The notes under the pieces: generated by a model
Told to the model about the DNA's origin: nothing
Seen by the model: the letters and a program-made list of their open reading frames with translations, nothing else
Databases searched by the model: none
Part shown: positions 9,913 to 18,454 of the stretch, one piece after another
Layout: each line of letters starts with the position of its first letter
How positions within the stretch are numbered: position 1 is the first letter of the stretch
Position numbers and translations under genes: made by a program
Source of the DNA: an uncultured Microbacterium sp.
Lineage (GTDB): Bacteria > Actinomycetota > Actinomycetes > Actinomycetales > Microbacteriaceae
Direction of reading: 5' to 3'
DNA length: 64,000 nt
NCBI RefSeq assembly: GCF_945952435.1
Contig: NZ_CAMFHZ010000006.1
Coordinates: forward strand, 83,183-147,182

Positions 9913-10974
9913 TCAGTAGAACTCGACCGTATCGACCACGGCGCGCGGAGCACCGCCGTCGAGCAGGCGCGTCGCGTCCGCCGCGAACCGCCGCGCGATC
10001 CGCTCCTCCTCCTTCGCGCTCAGCGCGGCCGTGTGCGGGCTGACGAGCACGTGCGGATGCGACCACAGTCGGGAGCTGCGCGGAAGGGGCTCGACCTCGA
10101 AGACGTCGAGGGCGGCGAACGCGATGCGACCGTCGTCGAGGGCGCCGAGAAGGGCCTCCTCGTCGATCACCGTCCCGCGCCCGACGCTCGCGAGGATCGT
10201 CCCGGGACGCACCGCCGCGAGCACCTCCGCGCCGATGAGGTGGTGCGTCTGCGCGGTGCCGGGAAGCGTGACCACGATGGCGTCGACGTGCGCGACGGCG
10301 TCGACGAGCTCCGCGAGCGGGACGAGCCGGTCGACCCCCTCGACGGGAGCCCCCGAGCGCGTGGTCCCCCACACCCGCGCCCCGAGCGCATGGAACCGGC
10401 GCGCGCATTCCGCGCCGATGCCGCCGAGCCCGACCACCAGCACGGTCATCTCGTCGAGTTGCCGCATCTCCCAGCGCTCCGGCCAGCTCCTCTCGCGCTG
10501 ATCCGCGAGGAGGCGCGGGAGGCCCTTCGCGCCGGCGAGCACACCGAACACGGCGAACTCGGCCAGTGGGGAGCCGTGCACTCCCGCGCTCGTGCTGAAG
10601 ACGACCCTCTCCAGGTCGGCGCGCTCCAGTTCGGCGGCCTTGATCTGGGCGCCGCCGCCGGCCGCGGTCGTCATCACCCACCGCAGCCGCGGATTGGCGC
10701 GCACGGTGCGGGCGAGGGCCGCGGGGTCCACGTCGGGGATCCCGAGAAGCGCATCGGCGGAGTCCACCATCTGCTCGAACGCCCGCTGCTCCGCGTCGGT
10801 CCTGTGGTGCTCCGGGTCGCCGGACCAGTCGGCGGGACCCCGCATCGGGCGCATGAGCGAGGGGTCGCGCACCATCTCCACGCGCGGCTCGAGCTCCTCG
10901 ATCAGCCGGCAGAGCGCGTCGTCCAGCGGCACCGCGGCGACCGCCCGCAGTCTCGTCGTCGCCTCATCGACCAT
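9913..10974 (-). CDS. D-isomer-specific 2-hydroxyacid dehydrogenase family protein (NAD-binding)
   Basis: ORF 9913..10992(-). I prefer ATG 10974 (MVDEATT), preceded by aaggagg. Rossmann motif VLVVGLGGIGAECARRF. C-terminal SPHTAALS. Confidence 0.8.
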   Translation of the reverse strand: MVDEATTRLRAVAAVPLDDALCRLIEELEPRVEMVRDPSLMRPMRGPADWSGDPEHHRTDAEQRAFEQMVDSADALLGIPDVDPAALARTVRANPRLRWVMTTAAGGGAQIKAAELERADLERVVFSTSAGVHGSPLAEFAVFGVLAGAKGLPRLLADQRERSWPERWEMRQLDEMTVLVVGLGGIGAECARRFHALGARVWGTTRSGAPVEGVDRLVPLAELVDAVAHVDAIVVTLPGTAQTHHLIGAEVLAAVRPGTILASVGRGTVIDEEALLGALDDGRIAFAALDVFEVEPLPRSSRLWSHPHVLVSPHTAALSAKEEERIARRFAADATRLLDGGAPRAVVDTVEFY

Positions 10975-11036
10975 CGCGGCCTCCTTCGTCACGCCGTCTT
11001 TCCGTCGCCACTTCCGTCGTCACTGTAGCGCGAATC

Positions 11037-11066
11037 CAACCCAATGAATACTGTTCCACCCAATGG
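11037..11066. promoter_or_regulatory. Second tandem pair of the CA(A)CCCNNTG(G/A) box, in the divergent promoter region
   Basis: caacccaatga (11037-11047) and cacccaatgg (11057-11066), between the 2-hydroxyacid dehydrogenase start (10974) and the downstream + strand operon (11087). Confidence 0.45.
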
Positions 11067-11086
11067 ATCTTCGCTACCATGACACC

Positions 11087-11992
11087 ATGAGCGACGCGAA
11101 CGACGATGTCACGGTCGGCATGCTGGGCCTGGGAGCGATCGGGCACCCGATGGCGCGACGGCTGCTGGACGGCCATGGGCGACTGCTGATCTCCTCGCGT
11201 CGTCCGCAGACCGAGCTCTCCGCCGCCGGGGCGACGGAGGTGCCGACCCCGCGCGAGCTGGGCGCCCGCGCGGACGTCGTCCTCGCCATGCTCCCCGACC
11301 TCCCCGAGCTGGAAGAGGTGCTCGCAGGATCCGACGGACTCCTCGCGGATGCGGGCGACCTCCTCCTGCTGATCGGATCCACCTCGTCCGCACCCGGCGT
11401 CCGCGCCCTCGCCGAACGGATCGCCGTGCAGACCGAGGGCCGGGTGCGCGTCGTCGACTGCCCCGTCTCCGGCGGCGTGGACGGCGCCGTCGCCGGGACG
11501 CTCTCGATCATGCTGGGCGGCGAGGACGCGGACGTCGCCCTCGCCGCCCGCGTCCTCGCCCCGTGCGGGACCCCCGTCGCTCTGGGGCCGCTCGGGTCGG
11601 GAGAGGTCGCGAAAGCGTGCAATCAGCTCGTCGTCGCCGCCACGATCCTGGCCCTGGGCGAGGCCACCGTGCTCGCCCACCGTTCCGGCCTCGACCTCGA
11701 CGCGCTGTGGACGCTGCTGGCCGGGGGCTACGCGGGATCGCGTCTGCTCGACAGCCGCCGCGCGCAGCTCGTCGCCGGAACCGATGAACCGAGCGGCATC
11801 GCCCGCTACATGGTCAAGGACCTCGGCTTCGCCCAGGCGATCGCCGAGGCGACCGGGACCGACCCGGCGCTGCTGCCCGCGCTGCGTGCGGCCTTCGACG
11901 ACATCGTCGCCTCCGGCCTCGGCGAGAGGGACATCTCCGTCACGCGACGGTACGTCGATCAACGACAGCCGCAGAATGGAACCAGGGGATGA
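11087..11992 (+). CDS. NAD(P)-dependent oxidoreductase, 3-hydroxyisobutyrate / tartronate-semialdehyde reductase family
   Basis: ORF 11063..11992(+). GMLGLGAIGHPMARRLL dinucleotide fold. Family motifs SGGVDGAVAGTLSIMLGG and KACNQL. The start (11063 or 11087) is uncertain. Confidence 0.75.
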   Translation: MSDANDDVTVGMLGLGAIGHPMARRLLDGHGRLLISSRRPQTELSAAGATEVPTPRELGARADVVLAMLPDLPELEEVLAGSDGLLADAGDLLLLIGSTSSAPGVRALAERIAVQTEGRVRVVDCPVSGGVDGAVAGTLSIMLGGEDADVALAARVLAPCGTPVALGPLGSGEVAKACNQLVVAATILALGEATVLAHRSGLDLDALWTLLAGGYAGSRLLDSRRAQLVAGTDEPSGIARYMVKDLGFAQAIAEATGTDPALLPALRAAFDDIVASGLGERDISVTRRYVDQRQPQNGTRG

Positions 11993-12041
11993 CAGCGATA
12001 CGCTGAACCCCTTCCCCCATCGGACACACGAGGAGATCACC

Positions 12042-13490
12042 GTGCCCACTCCCGCAGCCAACATCGGAGTCGTCGGACTCGCCGTCATGGGCTCGAACCT
12101 CGCCCGCAACCTCGCCAGCCGCGAGGGCAACACCGTGGCGATCTTCAACCGCAGCCCCGAGAAGACCGAGGCGCTCGTCTCGGCGCACCCCGAGTCCGGA
12201 TTCGTGCCGACGTACTCCTACCAGGAGTTCGCCGACGCGCTGCAGAAGCCGCGCACCGCGATCATCATGGTCAAGGCCGGGGCCGGCACCGACGCAGTGA
12301 TCGACGAGCTCGTCAAGGTCTTCGAGCCCGGCGACATCATCGTCGACGGCGGGAACGCCTACTTCCCCGACACGATCCGCCGCGAGAAGGCGGTCCGCGA
12401 GACCGGGATCAACTTCGTGGGCGCGGGGATCTCCGGCGGCGAGGAGGGCGCCCTGCACGGTCCGTCGATCATGCCGGGCGGATCCGACGAGTCCTGGGTC
12501 ACGCTCGGCCCGATCCTCCGCTCGATCGCGGCCGTCGCCGAGGGCGAGCCATGCGTCACGCACGTCGGCCACGACGGCGCGGGCCATTTCGTCAAGATGG
12601 TGCACAACGGCATCGAGTACGCCGACATGCAGCTCATCGCGGAGGCCTACGACCTCATCCGCCGGGGCACGGGCAAGAGCCCCGCCGAGATCGCCGACAT
12701 CTTCGCCGAGTGGAACAAGGGCGAGCTCGAGTCGTATCTCATCGAGATCACGGCCGAGGTCCTCCGCCAGGTCGACGCCGAAACCGGCAAGCCGCTCGTC
12801 GACGTCATCCTCGACCAGGCCGGCGCCAAGGGCACCGGCGCGTGGACCGTGCAGACGGCGCTGGCCCTGGGGGTCCCGGTCTCCGGCATCGCCGAGGCCA
12901 CGTTCGCCCGTTCGCTCAGTTCGCACCCGGAGCAGCGCGCGGTCGCGACCGACCTCCCGGGCCCTGACCACGCGCTGACCGTCGCGGACCCCGATGCGTT
13001 CATCGAGGACGTGCGCCTCGCGCTCTACGCATCGAAGATCGTCGCGTACTCCCAGGGCTTCGACGAGATCCGCGCCGGCGCCGCCGAGTACGGCTGGAAC
13101 ATCGACCTCGGCGCCATCGCGAAGATCTGGCGCGGCGGCTGCATCATCCGCGCGCAGTTCCTCAACCGGATCGCGGACGCCTACGCCGAGACGCCGGATC
13201 TGCCCGTCCTGATGACCGCACCGTACTTCGCCGAGGCGATCGGGCGCGCACAGTCGGCCTGGCGCCGCGTCGTCGTCGCGGCCGCGGAGGGAGGGATCCC
13301 CGCCCCCGCGTTCTCGTCCTCGCTCTCGTACTACGACGGGATCCGCGCCGACCGCCTGCCCGCCGCGCTCGTGCAGGGTCAGCGCGACTTCTTCGGCGCA
13401 CACACCTACCAGCGCGTCGACAAGCCCGGCACCTTCCACACGCAGTGGTCCGGCGACCGGACCGAGGTGGATGCCGTCGACACGCACTGA
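12042..13490 (+). CDS. gnd: 6-phosphogluconate dehydrogenase, decarboxylating
   Basis: Lies in ORF 11784..13490(+). GTG start at 12042, preceded by aggag. IGVVGLAVMGSNLARNL, GISGGEEGA, GHFVKMVHNGIEYADMQLIAEAY and FFGAHTYQRVD are canonical Gnd motifs. Confidence 0.95.
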   Translation: MPTPAANIGVVGLAVMGSNLARNLASREGNTVAIFNRSPEKTEALVSAHPESGFVPTYSYQEFADALQKPRTAIIMVKAGAGTDAVIDELVKVFEPGDIIVDGGNAYFPDTIRREKAVRETGINFVGAGISGGEEGALHGPSIMPGGSDESWVTLGPILRSIAAVAEGEPCVTHVGHDGAGHFVKMVHNGIEYADMQLIAEAYDLIRRGTGKSPAEIADIFAEWNKGELESYLIEITAEVLRQVDAETGKPLVDVILDQAGAKGTGAWTVQTALALGVPVSGIAEATFARSLSSHPEQRAVATDLPGPDHALTVADPDAFIEDVRLALYASKIVAYSQGFDEIRAGAAEYGWNIDLGAIAKIWRGGCIIRAQFLNRIADAYAETPDLPVLMTAPYFAEAIGRAQSAWRRVVVAAAEGGIPAPAFSSSLSYYDGIRADRLPAALVQGQRDFFGAHTYQRVDKPGTFHTQWSGDRTEVDAVDTH

Positions 13491-13501
13491 CCTGCGCCCT
13501 C

Positions 13502-13551
13502 GCACCGAAAGGCCCCTGCATCCCTCCGAGGGTGCAGGGGCCTTTCGGTGC
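13502..13551. terminator. Bidirectional terminator hairpin between convergent gnd and the ABC ATPase gene
   Basis: Perfect 19-bp inverted repeat: gcaccgaaaggcccctgca (13502-13520) and tgcaggggcctttcggtgc (13533-13551). Confidence 0.7.
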
Positions 13552-13561
13552 CGCCGGCGGC

Positions 13562-14266
13562 TCAGACCTCGGTCACGTGCCCGTTCTTCAGCCGGAGGCG
13601 CCGATGCGCCCGGCGGGCGACCGCCGAATCGTGCGTCACCACGATCAGGGTGAGCCCGCCGGCGCACAGCGATTCGAGCAGGTCGAGGATCTCGTCGCGC
13701 ATCTCCTCGTCGAGGTTCCCGGTGGGCTCGTCCGCGAGCAGCACGCGCGGGGTCTTCACGATCGCCCGTGCGATCGCGACGCGCTGCTGCTGTCCGCCGC
13801 TGAGCTCGCCCGGCAGGTGGTCGCCCCGATCCGCGAGACCGACCTGCGCGAGGGCCTCGTCCACGAGGCGCCGACGCTCGGCGGGAGCCGTCTTCGTCGG
13901 GACGAGGGCCATCGCGACGTTCTCCCTCGCCGTCAGCGTCGGGATGAGGTTGAACCCCTGGAAGACGAAGCCGATCTCCTCGGCGCGGATCCGGCCGAGC
14001 TCCCGATTCGACGCGGAGGACAGCTCGGTCCCCGAGAGCTCGAGCGATCCGCCGGTCGGGCGGTCGAGCGCGCCGAGGAGCTGCAGCAACGTCGACTTGC
14101 CGCCCCCGGTCGGCCCCTGGATCGTGACGAACTCGCCGGATCCGATCTCGACGTTCACGCCGATGAGCGGCGTGACGGTCTTCCCGTTGCCCTTGTAGGT
14201 GCGGGTGACGCCGGTGAGGCGGTAGAGCGCGGGCGTCTCGACCGGGGCGTTCTCGATGGTGCTCAT
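13562..14266 (-). CDS. ABC transporter ATP-binding protein (MacB/LolD/FtsE-like)
   Basis: 234 aa. Walker A GPTGGGKST, signature LSGGQQQRVAIARA, Walker B LLADEPTGNLD. Confidence 0.9.
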   Translation of the reverse strand: MSTIENAPVETPALYRLTGVTRTYKGNGKTVTPLIGVNVEIGSGEFVTIQGPTGGGKSTLLQLLGALDRPTGGSLELSGTELSSASNRELGRIRAEEIGFVFQGFNLIPTLTARENVAMALVPTKTAPAERRRLVDEALAQVGLADRGDHLPGELSGGQQQRVAIARAIVKTPRVLLADEPTGNLDEEMRDEILDLLESLCAGGLTLIVVTHDSAVARRAHRRLRLKNGHVTEV

Positions 14267-14315
14267 GTGTTCTCCTGTGTTCTGCTACGCCGTGGATCTC
14301 GTTCGGATGTCCGCG

Positions 14316-15869
14316 TCACGCCGCGGAACGGAGGGCTTCGGCCGGGCTCAGCCGCGCGGCACGCCAGCCGCCGACCGCACCGGCGACGAGACCGCCGAGG
14401 ATCGCGAGCCCCACGGCGGCGACGAGGATCTCCACGCTGAGCGGCGCGTGCAGCACCACGTCCTGCACCGACCGCCCGAATCCGCCGAAGCCTCCGCCGC
14501 CCGGTGCACCGGCACCGGCGCCGCCCGCGAGACCGCCCGCGGATTCCGCGCCCCCCGATCCCGCGGATGCCCGGCGCGCCAGGCCGCCCGCGCTCGCCCC
14601 CGAGATCGTCGGATGCACGAGATTCACGACGAGCACGCCGACGAGACCGAGCGCCAGGCCGGCGCCCCCTCCGATCACGCCCTGGACGAGGGACTCCCCC
14701 GCGACCTGTCGCACGATCCGTCCGTTCGACCAGCCGATGGCCTTGAGCGTCCCGAACTCGCGCGTACGCCGCGTCACGCCCGAGAGCGTGAACAGCACCG
14801 CCAGCAGCACGGCGACGGCGAGGACGATGATCGACAGCCAGGTGCCGAGGCCGGAGATCATCCCGGCCGCGCTGGACAGGGCGCCCGAGACGGTCGAGGC
14901 GAGCTCGGCCTGCGAGCTCACGGTGGCCGTGGGCACGGACTTCGTCAGCGCGGCCTGGACCGCGTCGATCTGCGCGGCGGAGGACGCCTTGACGTAGACC
15001 GTCGAGACGACGTCTCCCGTGCCGGCGATCTTCTGCGCGGTGCCCAGCGGCAGGTACACGTTCGCGGCGGTGTCTGCCGTGTCCGACGTGGAGGACACCA
15101 CCCCGACGATCGTGACGGTCGACCCGCCGACGTCGAGCGTGCTGCCGACGGACAGGCTCTTCGAGGTGGCGTACGTGCTGTCGACGAGCGCGACGAGCTG
15201 GCCGTCGTCGGCGGTGCGCAGCGTGCGCCCCGACGCGACCTTCACCGACGACAGCGGCCCCACCGTCGATCCTGCGGCCGGGTCGACCCCGAGCACCGTG
15301 AACGAGTTGATGCCGAAGCTGCCTCCGCCGAAGCGCGGGCGCTCACCCGAGCCGGATCCTTCGCCCGAACCGCCCTGTGCCGAGCCCTCCTGCCCGGTAC
15401 CCCCGGCCGAGGGCTGCTGCGCCGTGCCGCCGCTCTGCGTGCCCTGCTGGACCTGGCCGTCGAAGTTCAGGTTCGTCAGGCTGAGCGCGCCGGTCGACGC
15501 CGCGACCCCCGAGGTCTTCGCGACCGCGGCGACCGTGGCGGCGTCGAGGGTGCCCCGCGCCGGCGACGTGCGCAGGACCGAGGTCTTCAGGGTCGTGCTG
15601 CTTCCGTCGCTCCCCTGCCTCCCCCCTCCGGCTCCGAAGTCGAAGCGCTGACCGCCGTCGCTGCCGCGCTCCGCCTGGGCGCCCGTGACGGTGAGGTCCG
15701 TGCCGACGCCGTAGACGCTGGCGAGCGCCTGAGTCTGCGCGTCGCGGACCCCCGCGGACAGGGCGTTCACGACGATCACCAGGGCGATCGCGATGGCCAG
15801 ACCGACGGCGACGATGACCGTCTGCTTCTTGCGACCGGCCAGTTCGCGGCGCAGGTATGTCCCGTACAT
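14316..15869 (-). CDS. ABC transporter permease, FtsX/MacB type, with a large extracytoplasmic domain and Gly-rich inserts
   Basis: ORF 14316..15887(-). ATG 15869 (MYGTYLRR) is preceded by gaggag. N-terminal TM, long extracytoplasmic domain, C-terminal FtsX-like TMs. Contains low-complexity G/S/A stretches. Confidence 0.8.
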   Translation of the reverse strand: MYGTYLRRELAGRKKQTVIVAVGLAIAIALVIVVNALSAGVRDAQTQALASVYGVGTDLTVTGAQAERGSDGGQRFDFGAGGGRQGSDGSSTTLKTSVLRTSPARGTLDAATVAAVAKTSGVAASTGALSLTNLNFDGQVQQGTQSGGTAQQPSAGGTGQEGSAQGGSGEGSGSGERPRFGGGSFGINSFTVLGVDPAAGSTVGPLSSVKVASGRTLRTADDGQLVALVDSTYATSKSLSVGSTLDVGGSTVTIVGVVSSTSDTADTAANVYLPLGTAQKIAGTGDVVSTVYVKASSAAQIDAVQAALTKSVPTATVSSQAELASTVSGALSSAAGMISGLGTWLSIIVLAVAVLLAVLFTLSGVTRRTREFGTLKAIGWSNGRIVRQVAGESLVQGVIGGGAGLALGLVGVLVVNLVHPTISGASAGGLARRASAGSGGAESAGGLAGGAGAGAPGGGGFGGFGRSVQDVVLHAPLSVEILVAAVGLAILGGLVAGAVGGWRAARLSPAEALRSAA

Positions 15870-15870
15870 G

Positions 15871-15902
15871 CTTCTCCTCATCATCACGGTGATGAGGAGA
15901 AG
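15871..15902 (-). promoter_or_regulatory. Hairpin sequestering the Shine-Dalgarno of the permease gene
   Basis: Perfect 12-bp stem: cttctcctcatc (15871-15882) pairs with gatgaggagaag (15891-15902). On the mRNA the GAGGAG SD, 1-2 nt upstream of the AUG region, is paired with CUCCUC. Confidence 0.5.
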
Positions 15903-16038
15903 CTAGGAGCCGGTTCTGGGGCCGGATGATGACGGACCTATGCGCGCGCTAAGCGCCGACGTCCACCTCCGACCGGCGGGATCACCGAGACCTCGGTCTT
16001 CATAGTTGGTTCATAGGCAATTGAGGAGAATGGTCTTC

Positions 16039-16773
16039 ATGAACGATCACGCGCCCGAGTTGCGCCGCCCTGACGGCTCTCCCCTGCGGATCCTCGCGGT
16101 CGACGATGAGCCGATGCTCACCGACCTCCTCGCGATGGCGCTGCGGATGGAGGGCTGGGAAGTCCGCACCGCCGGATCCGGTCTCGATGCGCTGCAGGTG
16201 GCGCGCGATTTCGGTCCCGACGCCCTCATCCTCGACGTCATGATGCCCGACCTCGACGGCCTCGGCGTGCTCAGACGCCTTCGGGAGCAGGGGAACATGG
16301 TCCCTGTCCTGTTCCTCACCGCCAAGGACGCGGTGGGCGACCGGATCGCCGGTCTCACCGCCGGCGGCGACGACTACGTCACGAAACCGTTCAGCCTGGA
16401 GGAGGTCGTCGCACGCCTGCGGGCGGTGATCCGCCGCTCCGGCGGCGCGACCGCGGACGCGAGCGACTCGATCCTGCAGGTCGGCGATCTCACCCTCAAC
16501 GAGGACAGCCACGAGGTGGTGCGGGGCAGCGACGAGATCGAGCTGACCGCCACGGAGTTCGAGCTGCTGCGCTATCTCATGCGCAACGAGCGCCGCGTGC
16601 TGTCGAAGGCGCAGATCCTCGACCGGGTCTGGAGCTACGACTTCGGCGGACGGTCCAGCGTCGTCGAGCTCTACATCTCCTACCTGCGTAAGAAGCTCGA
16701 CGCCGGTCGCGAGGTGCCCCTGATCCACACGGTGCGCGGCGTCGGCTACATGATCAAGGCGCCGCAGCAGTGA
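16039..16773 (+). CDS. OmpR/PhoB-family response regulator
   Basis: ORF 16006..16773(+). ATG 16039 lies 9 nt after gaggag. Receiver (ILAVDDEPML ... DALILDVMMPDLDG ... LTAKD) plus a winged-helix output domain (RVLSKAQILDRVW ... VRGVGY). Confidence 0.9.
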   Translation: MNDHAPELRRPDGSPLRILAVDDEPMLTDLLAMALRMEGWEVRTAGSGLDALQVARDFGPDALILDVMMPDLDGLGVLRRLREQGNMVPVLFLTAKDAVGDRIAGLTAGGDDYVTKPFSLEEVVARLRAVIRRSGGATADASDSILQVGDLTLNEDSHEVVRGSDEIELTATEFELLRYLMRNERRVLSKAQILDRVWSYDFGGRSSVVELYISYLRKKLDAGREVPLIHTVRGVGYMIKAPQQ

Positions 16774-16777
16774 CGTC

Positions 16778-18382
16778 GTGCCGCTCGACACCCCGGCGAC
16801 CATGAACCCGTCCTCCGCGCGCGGCCGCGGGCCGCTCTCGCTGCAGGCGCGCCTCATGGCCGCCGTGACCGGCTTCGTGTCGCTCGTGCTCGTCGTCATC
16901 GCGATCGCGACGAGCGTCGTGCTCGGCAACGTGCTCAACGGGCGTCTGCAGGACGAGCTCGTGTCGGCGGGCAAGGGCATCGCCGCGGTGGCGATGCAGC
17001 GCACCGTGCTCAGTCATTCGCTTCCCGACGCCTCGGATCTCGTCGTCGGGCAGACGGGCGTGCAGACCGGGACGCTGGTCATGGTCGTGACCGAGAACTC
17101 CGCGACGGGCACCTTCGTGAGCGCCGACCACGTCGCGCAGGATCTCAGCCCGCTGCAGATGAACCAGGTCATCACCGCTCTCTCGCAGAACCGCTACGCC
17201 CAGGAGATCGCAGGGCTCGGCGACTACCAGTTCTCGCACCAGACCATCCGCGCCGCACCGGGCTACCAGATCATCACCGGGCTGCCCCGTGCGGCCACCG
17301 AGGCGCAGATCACCACGCTCTTCTCGGTCATCGCGATCACCACGATCGCGGGGCTGATCCTGCTCGCGCTCTCCACCGCGATCACCATCCGCCTCGCCCT
17401 GCGACCGCTGCGCGAGGTCGCGGCGACCGCGAACCGGGTCGCGAACCTGCCGCTGGACCGGGGAGACGTCTCGATCTCGGAGCGCGTCCCCGCCTCGGAG
17501 GCCGACCCGCGCACCGAGACGGGACTCGTGGGCGCCGCGCTGAACACCCTGCTCGACCACGTCGACGCCTCCCTCTCCGTGCGCCAGCGCAACGAGGAGC
17601 GGATGCGACAGTTCGTCGCCGACGCGAGCCACGAGCTGCGCACCCCGCTGTCCTCGATCCGGGGCTACTCCGAGCTGTCGCTGCGGGCGCTCGCCTCCCG
17701 GGATCCCGGCGTGCCGGAGGATCCCGCCACCGCGTCCGCGCACACGGCGCTGGAGAGGATCCAGGCGCAGTCGCTGCGCATGACGAGCCTCGTCGAGGAT
17801 CTGCTGCTCCTCGCACGCCTCGAGGAGGGTCGGGAGCTGACCCTGTCCACCGTCGACCTGTCCCGGCTCGCGATCGAGGGCGTCGAGGACGCGCGCCCCA
17901 CCGCACCCGAGCACCACTGGGCGATCGAGGTGCCCGAGGAGCCCGTCGAGATCATCGGCGACACAGGCAGGCTCCAGCAGGTCGTGACCAACCTGCTGGC
18001 CAACGCGAGGACGCATACGCCGGCCGGCACGCGGATCGCGATCGCCGTGGCCGAGGACGGCGATCACGCCGTCCTGCGCGTGAGCGACGACGGGCCGGGC
18101 ATCGATCCGGCCGTCCGCGACGAGTTGTTCTCGCGGTTCGCGCGCGGCGACCGCTCGCGGAACAGGGCTACGGGCGGATCGGGCCTCGGGCTCTCGATCA
18201 CCAAGGCGATCGTCGACGGTCACGGAGGGACCATCTCCGTGCAGAGCGAACCGGGATCGACCGTGTTCACGGTGCGCCTGCCGCGCACGCCCGAGACGGC
18301 AGCCGAGACCGCGGTCGCGGAGGGCACGGATCGACCCTCCCGCGGTGGCCACGACCTCGACGGAAGGCTCGGCGGACGCTGA
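16778..18382 (+). CDS. Sensor histidine kinase (periplasmic loop, HAMP, HisKA, HATPase_c)
   Basis: 534 aa, GTG start 4 nt after the RR stop. H-box FVADASHELRTPLSSIRGY, N-box LANARTH, G-boxes DDGPGI and GGSGLGLSI. Confidence 0.9.
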   Translation: MPLDTPATMNPSSARGRGPLSLQARLMAAVTGFVSLVLVVIAIATSVVLGNVLNGRLQDELVSAGKGIAAVAMQRTVLSHSLPDASDLVVGQTGVQTGTLVMVVTENSATGTFVSADHVAQDLSPLQMNQVITALSQNRYAQEIAGLGDYQFSHQTIRAAPGYQIITGLPRAATEAQITTLFSVIAITTIAGLILLALSTAITIRLALRPLREVAATANRVANLPLDRGDVSISERVPASEADPRTETGLVGAALNTLLDHVDASLSVRQRNEERMRQFVADASHELRTPLSSIRGYSELSLRALASRDPGVPEDPATASAHTALERIQAQSLRMTSLVEDLLLLARLEEGRELTLSTVDLSRLAIEGVEDARPTAPEHHWAIEVPEEPVEIIGDTGRLQQVVTNLLANARTHTPAGTRIAIAVAEDGDHAVLRVSDDGPGIDPAVRDELFSRFARGDRSRNRATGGSGLGLSITKAIVDGHGGTISVQSEPGSTVFTVRLPRTPETAAETAVAEGTDRPSRGGHDLDGRLGGR

Positions 18383-18454
18383 GGACCGCCGGGAGCGTCG
18401 CTGCGGGCCTGTCGCCCGTGCGGCACGGCCGCAGGCGCGCGATAGCCGGCGGCC

